Positions 61,143 through 64,000 of a stretch of 64,000 bases of DNA are shown in pieces (the first letter of the stretch is position 1; each line of letters opens with the position of its first letter). Source of the DNA: Fimbriosthenelais zetlandica (lineage: Eukaryota); the NCBI GenBank assembly GCA_977030845.1, contig OZ365110.1, positions 29,512,001 to 29,576,000 of the forward strand, in the 5' to 3' direction. Below the pieces are notes generated by a model. It saw only the letters and a program-made list of their open reading frames with translations, had not been told where the DNA came from and ran no database searches. Position numbers and translations under genes: made by a program.

Positions 61143-63902
61143 TTATTTTTTCTTGGCTGGTGATTCATCCTTCTCTGCACCTTCACCTTCCTCCTCGGGT
61201 GGTGGGGGTGGGGGCTCTATGTGGGGGAAGGCGTGGGCTTGTTGAGATCCAAGCAGACCTTCAGATTCGAGCTCGGCTTCTATTTGGATCAGGCGATTCA
61301 TTTTCATGACTCGTTCGCCCCTACAGGGTGCACCTAGCTTAACAAACTTGGCACCAGCCCCCACAGCCTGTAAAGGGAAAACAATAAATTCACTTTGAGA
61401 AACATAATACGAGATGGTTAAGTTTTGAGGGAAGCCAATACCAACGCATATATCTTGGTAGAAATTCCACATTGACATCAAAATATAGTAACTTTGGAGA
61501 CAAGTACGTTTCTTGAAAATTATTTTGCCTCTGTGATGAAATGAGATTTACCAGTTCCACCAGGAAGGTATCTGGGCTTTCCCCGACACTTGTGGTCATC
61601 ATTATGGTGTTATCTGCTTCTATAAATCAAAGAATAAGTTTACATTAATTTCACTTACTTTTTATCCCAAGTGTCAAGTTTATCTAAAAGCCTAATTTAT
61701 ATTTCAAAATGACCTAATGACCTCGGAATTATGTCACAACTAAGGAAATTGACCTTATTTACCTTCCATCTTCTTTGAAGCCTCCAGTATGTCTGATATA
61801 GAGTTGATCATCTCTATTTTAAACACTGTTCCACTGGTTTTAAAGTCCTCGGCTATTTCCTCGTTTTTCAGCAGTCCGGGTCTGTGGTAGACGACGTCCC
61901 CGATCACCAAACATTGATCGGAGATTTTTTCACAAAGCTTCATCCACGATTCTTTGTCCTAATAAATCACGATCAGAATACAACCATAACATTATGTTTT
62001 CCACAATTCAAATTTGAAATATCTCAATTACAACCCATTCAGTTAATCATTCCTAGCTGATTTCTATCGGGTTAGAATTCGGCTGTTACCTGTTTCCTCA
62101 TGGGGTCGATTAAACCAATGATTGCAGGGTATCGTGTTTTAAGGTCTGCCCAATACTCGATCAGGTCCTCCCCACTTTTCAGCACACCAGTCATTACTTC
62201 ATACTTCCCTTTCTCCTGCAAAAGAATTGCACTGGTTAATGAGATTATTCTCCGGTACGAACATTGAAAAGTCTTGAAAACTTCAATAAACTGAGGTTTT
62301 CATAAAATAGGTACCCAATACTCACAAAATCAAAACATTCCTGTAGTCCACAGTTGAGTATAAAGTGTACATCCTCTCCAGGTGTTAACTCCAGGGCAGT
62401 GAGGGCCTCCTGGATGAGGTCCAGTGCCATCTCTGGCTTCTCCAGAGCTGGACAGAGGGCACCACAGTCTGAGACCAGGCGGGCTGAAACCTGAAATATG
62501 TCGAGAGAGACCAACTTAAATATTTGAGATGATCTGTAGCAACCCTGAAGTAAATCCCTCAAATTAAAGTACCAAATGGCAACGTAAATATTATACATGT
62601 AGTGCCATTCAAATAACCAACATGCAAACCTGCATTGTGCTCCCTACAGATCTAGGTAAATCGTTTCTATGTGTACTAAATTAGATTAACTACGAAGAGC
62701 CCTTCTATAGTTAAATATGTGAAGGCGCTAGAATCAGAAATGAATATTAGATCTATTTCTATCAGCTTCAGGTTCAATTCAGATATAAAGGCAAAGAATT
62801 TAGAAGCCAATTTTGTCAGGTAAAGCCTATTATTTCCAAGCCTTTTCTGCACACATGTTAACAAATTTTAATTGTATAAAGAATGGTTGAGCTAACTAAG
62901 ATGGATGGGTGCTATGTATTGGTATAATGGAATCATATCGACTTACTTTTCCCTGTTGGTTTGAAAATGGAAATGCTCATGAGTTGAGAGTGCCATAGGC
63001 AAACAGAGTATAATGTTTAAATATAATTTCATAATGTTAGATTATAAGGAATGAATAGAAAACATTTCTTTTGATGACAGGGGAAATAACAGTAGTCAGT
63101 CATAAAAAAATGTCCACTTACCCCAGCTTTAGAAGTGAGTGACCTTGTCACACTGGTGTAGATGTTGTTCATCATCTTCATACTCTGAAAATGTTGCCAA
63201 AATATATGAGATGCAAGTCAAGCCTTCAAATAATACATCTTTAGAGAAACTGTCCTGTTTTAATGAACATGAAGGTTTGAATGCACGGAGGCTTGAATTT
63301 TACTAGAAGTGAATAGTTTACCTCTTTTAATGCCATGCCTGGTTTGGGAACTAGCATGTATTCCTTCACACAGTTACATTTGCCGGGGTAGGCGCGTCCA
63401 CCCGAGATAATGGTCACTACTGGAAGGGGCATTACAAAGCTGCCTGGATCCTGGTAAGACAGACAAATGGAGTCTTCTGTCAATATCATAAACAATACTT
63501 TTGCATTGTGCGGGAAGAAATGGCACCTTTGTATTGAAATCTATAAGGTGCAGATATTAATATTGTTTATCGGAGATTTGGATGGAGAACATTTCTTTGT
63601 CTTGTATGTGTAATTTTAGTGTGGTCAATGAAAAACATCAAGATTAACATTCAGCTGAAATTTCGATTGTTCTAAGAGTAACTTAAGCAAATAGAAATGT
63701 GTTAATAATTTAATGAAATCTGTTACTCACACTGCCATGTTTCAGTGCAGCTATGTGTTTGTAGACGGGTTTGCTAGCCACCACTGCCCCGGCCTCACAC
63801 ACTGCCTTGGATAAAGCACTGATGGCATCAGATCCTGGGAACAACTTCTCCCGGGGCTCATCAGGGATGACCACAACGGCGGCTCCCCCTTTACCCTTAC
63901 CT
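61143..63902 (-). CDS. ENO4: Enolase 4 (divergent, sperm/cilia-type enolase), last seven coding exons; 5' end outside the window
   Basis: Exons 63902-63731, 63450-63322, 63184-63122, 62490-62326, 62215-62090, 61958-61763, 61619-61552 and 61367-61143 (eight segments counting the terminal one), all GT-AG and in frame. Enolase-fold motifs with ENO4-type divergence: KPVYKHIAALKH~KPLYLNIALLKH, MPLPVVTIISGG and DTFLVELAVGAGAKFVKLGAPCRGERVMKMNRLIQIEAEL. Confidence 0.95.
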
Positions 63903-64000
63903 CTACATAAACAAATGCATGTACATGTATATCCTGGTTTAGAAGACATGATGGGTTAGACATCAATTATAGAGGCCGGTGAAGAGGTGGAGGGAAAGAT

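Overview
This is eukaryotic (animal) genomic DNA with GT-AG introns, so most entries in the ORF track are spurious. Reading exons by hand gives five genes. (1) The first coding exon of a probable TACC-family gene (- strand, runs off the left edge); the intron after it holds a decayed Ty3/Gypsy LTR retrotransposon and a MITE. (2) A complete 11-exon NSMCE4/Nse4 gene (+, 7964-12036), head-to-head with the TACC-like gene. (3) nanos (-, single coding exon 41216-42217) with a NOT1-interacting motif, two CCHC fingers and a probable 3'UTR intron. (4) A complete shootin-1 gene (SHTN1, +, 44632-59684, 14 core exons plus candidate microexons), head-to-head with nanos. (5) The last seven exons of enolase-4 (ENO4, -, 61143-63902), tail-to-tail with SHTN1. 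I found no recognisable gene in the ~26 kb between NSMCE4 and the nanos 3' end. That interval carries Su(H), PBX-MEIS and RFX-like motifs, palindromes, and a composite repeat made of three tRNA-Leu/Ser-derived cassettes plus a Penelope-like GIY-YIG fragment. The main observation is that gene order and orientation appear to match human chr10q25-26 (ENO4, SHTN1, NANOS1, NSMCE4A, TACC2), compressed into 64 kb. The organism looks like an invertebrate deuterostome, possibly an echinoderm (inference only). All coordinates and counts were made by eye and may be off by a few bases. No searches were run.
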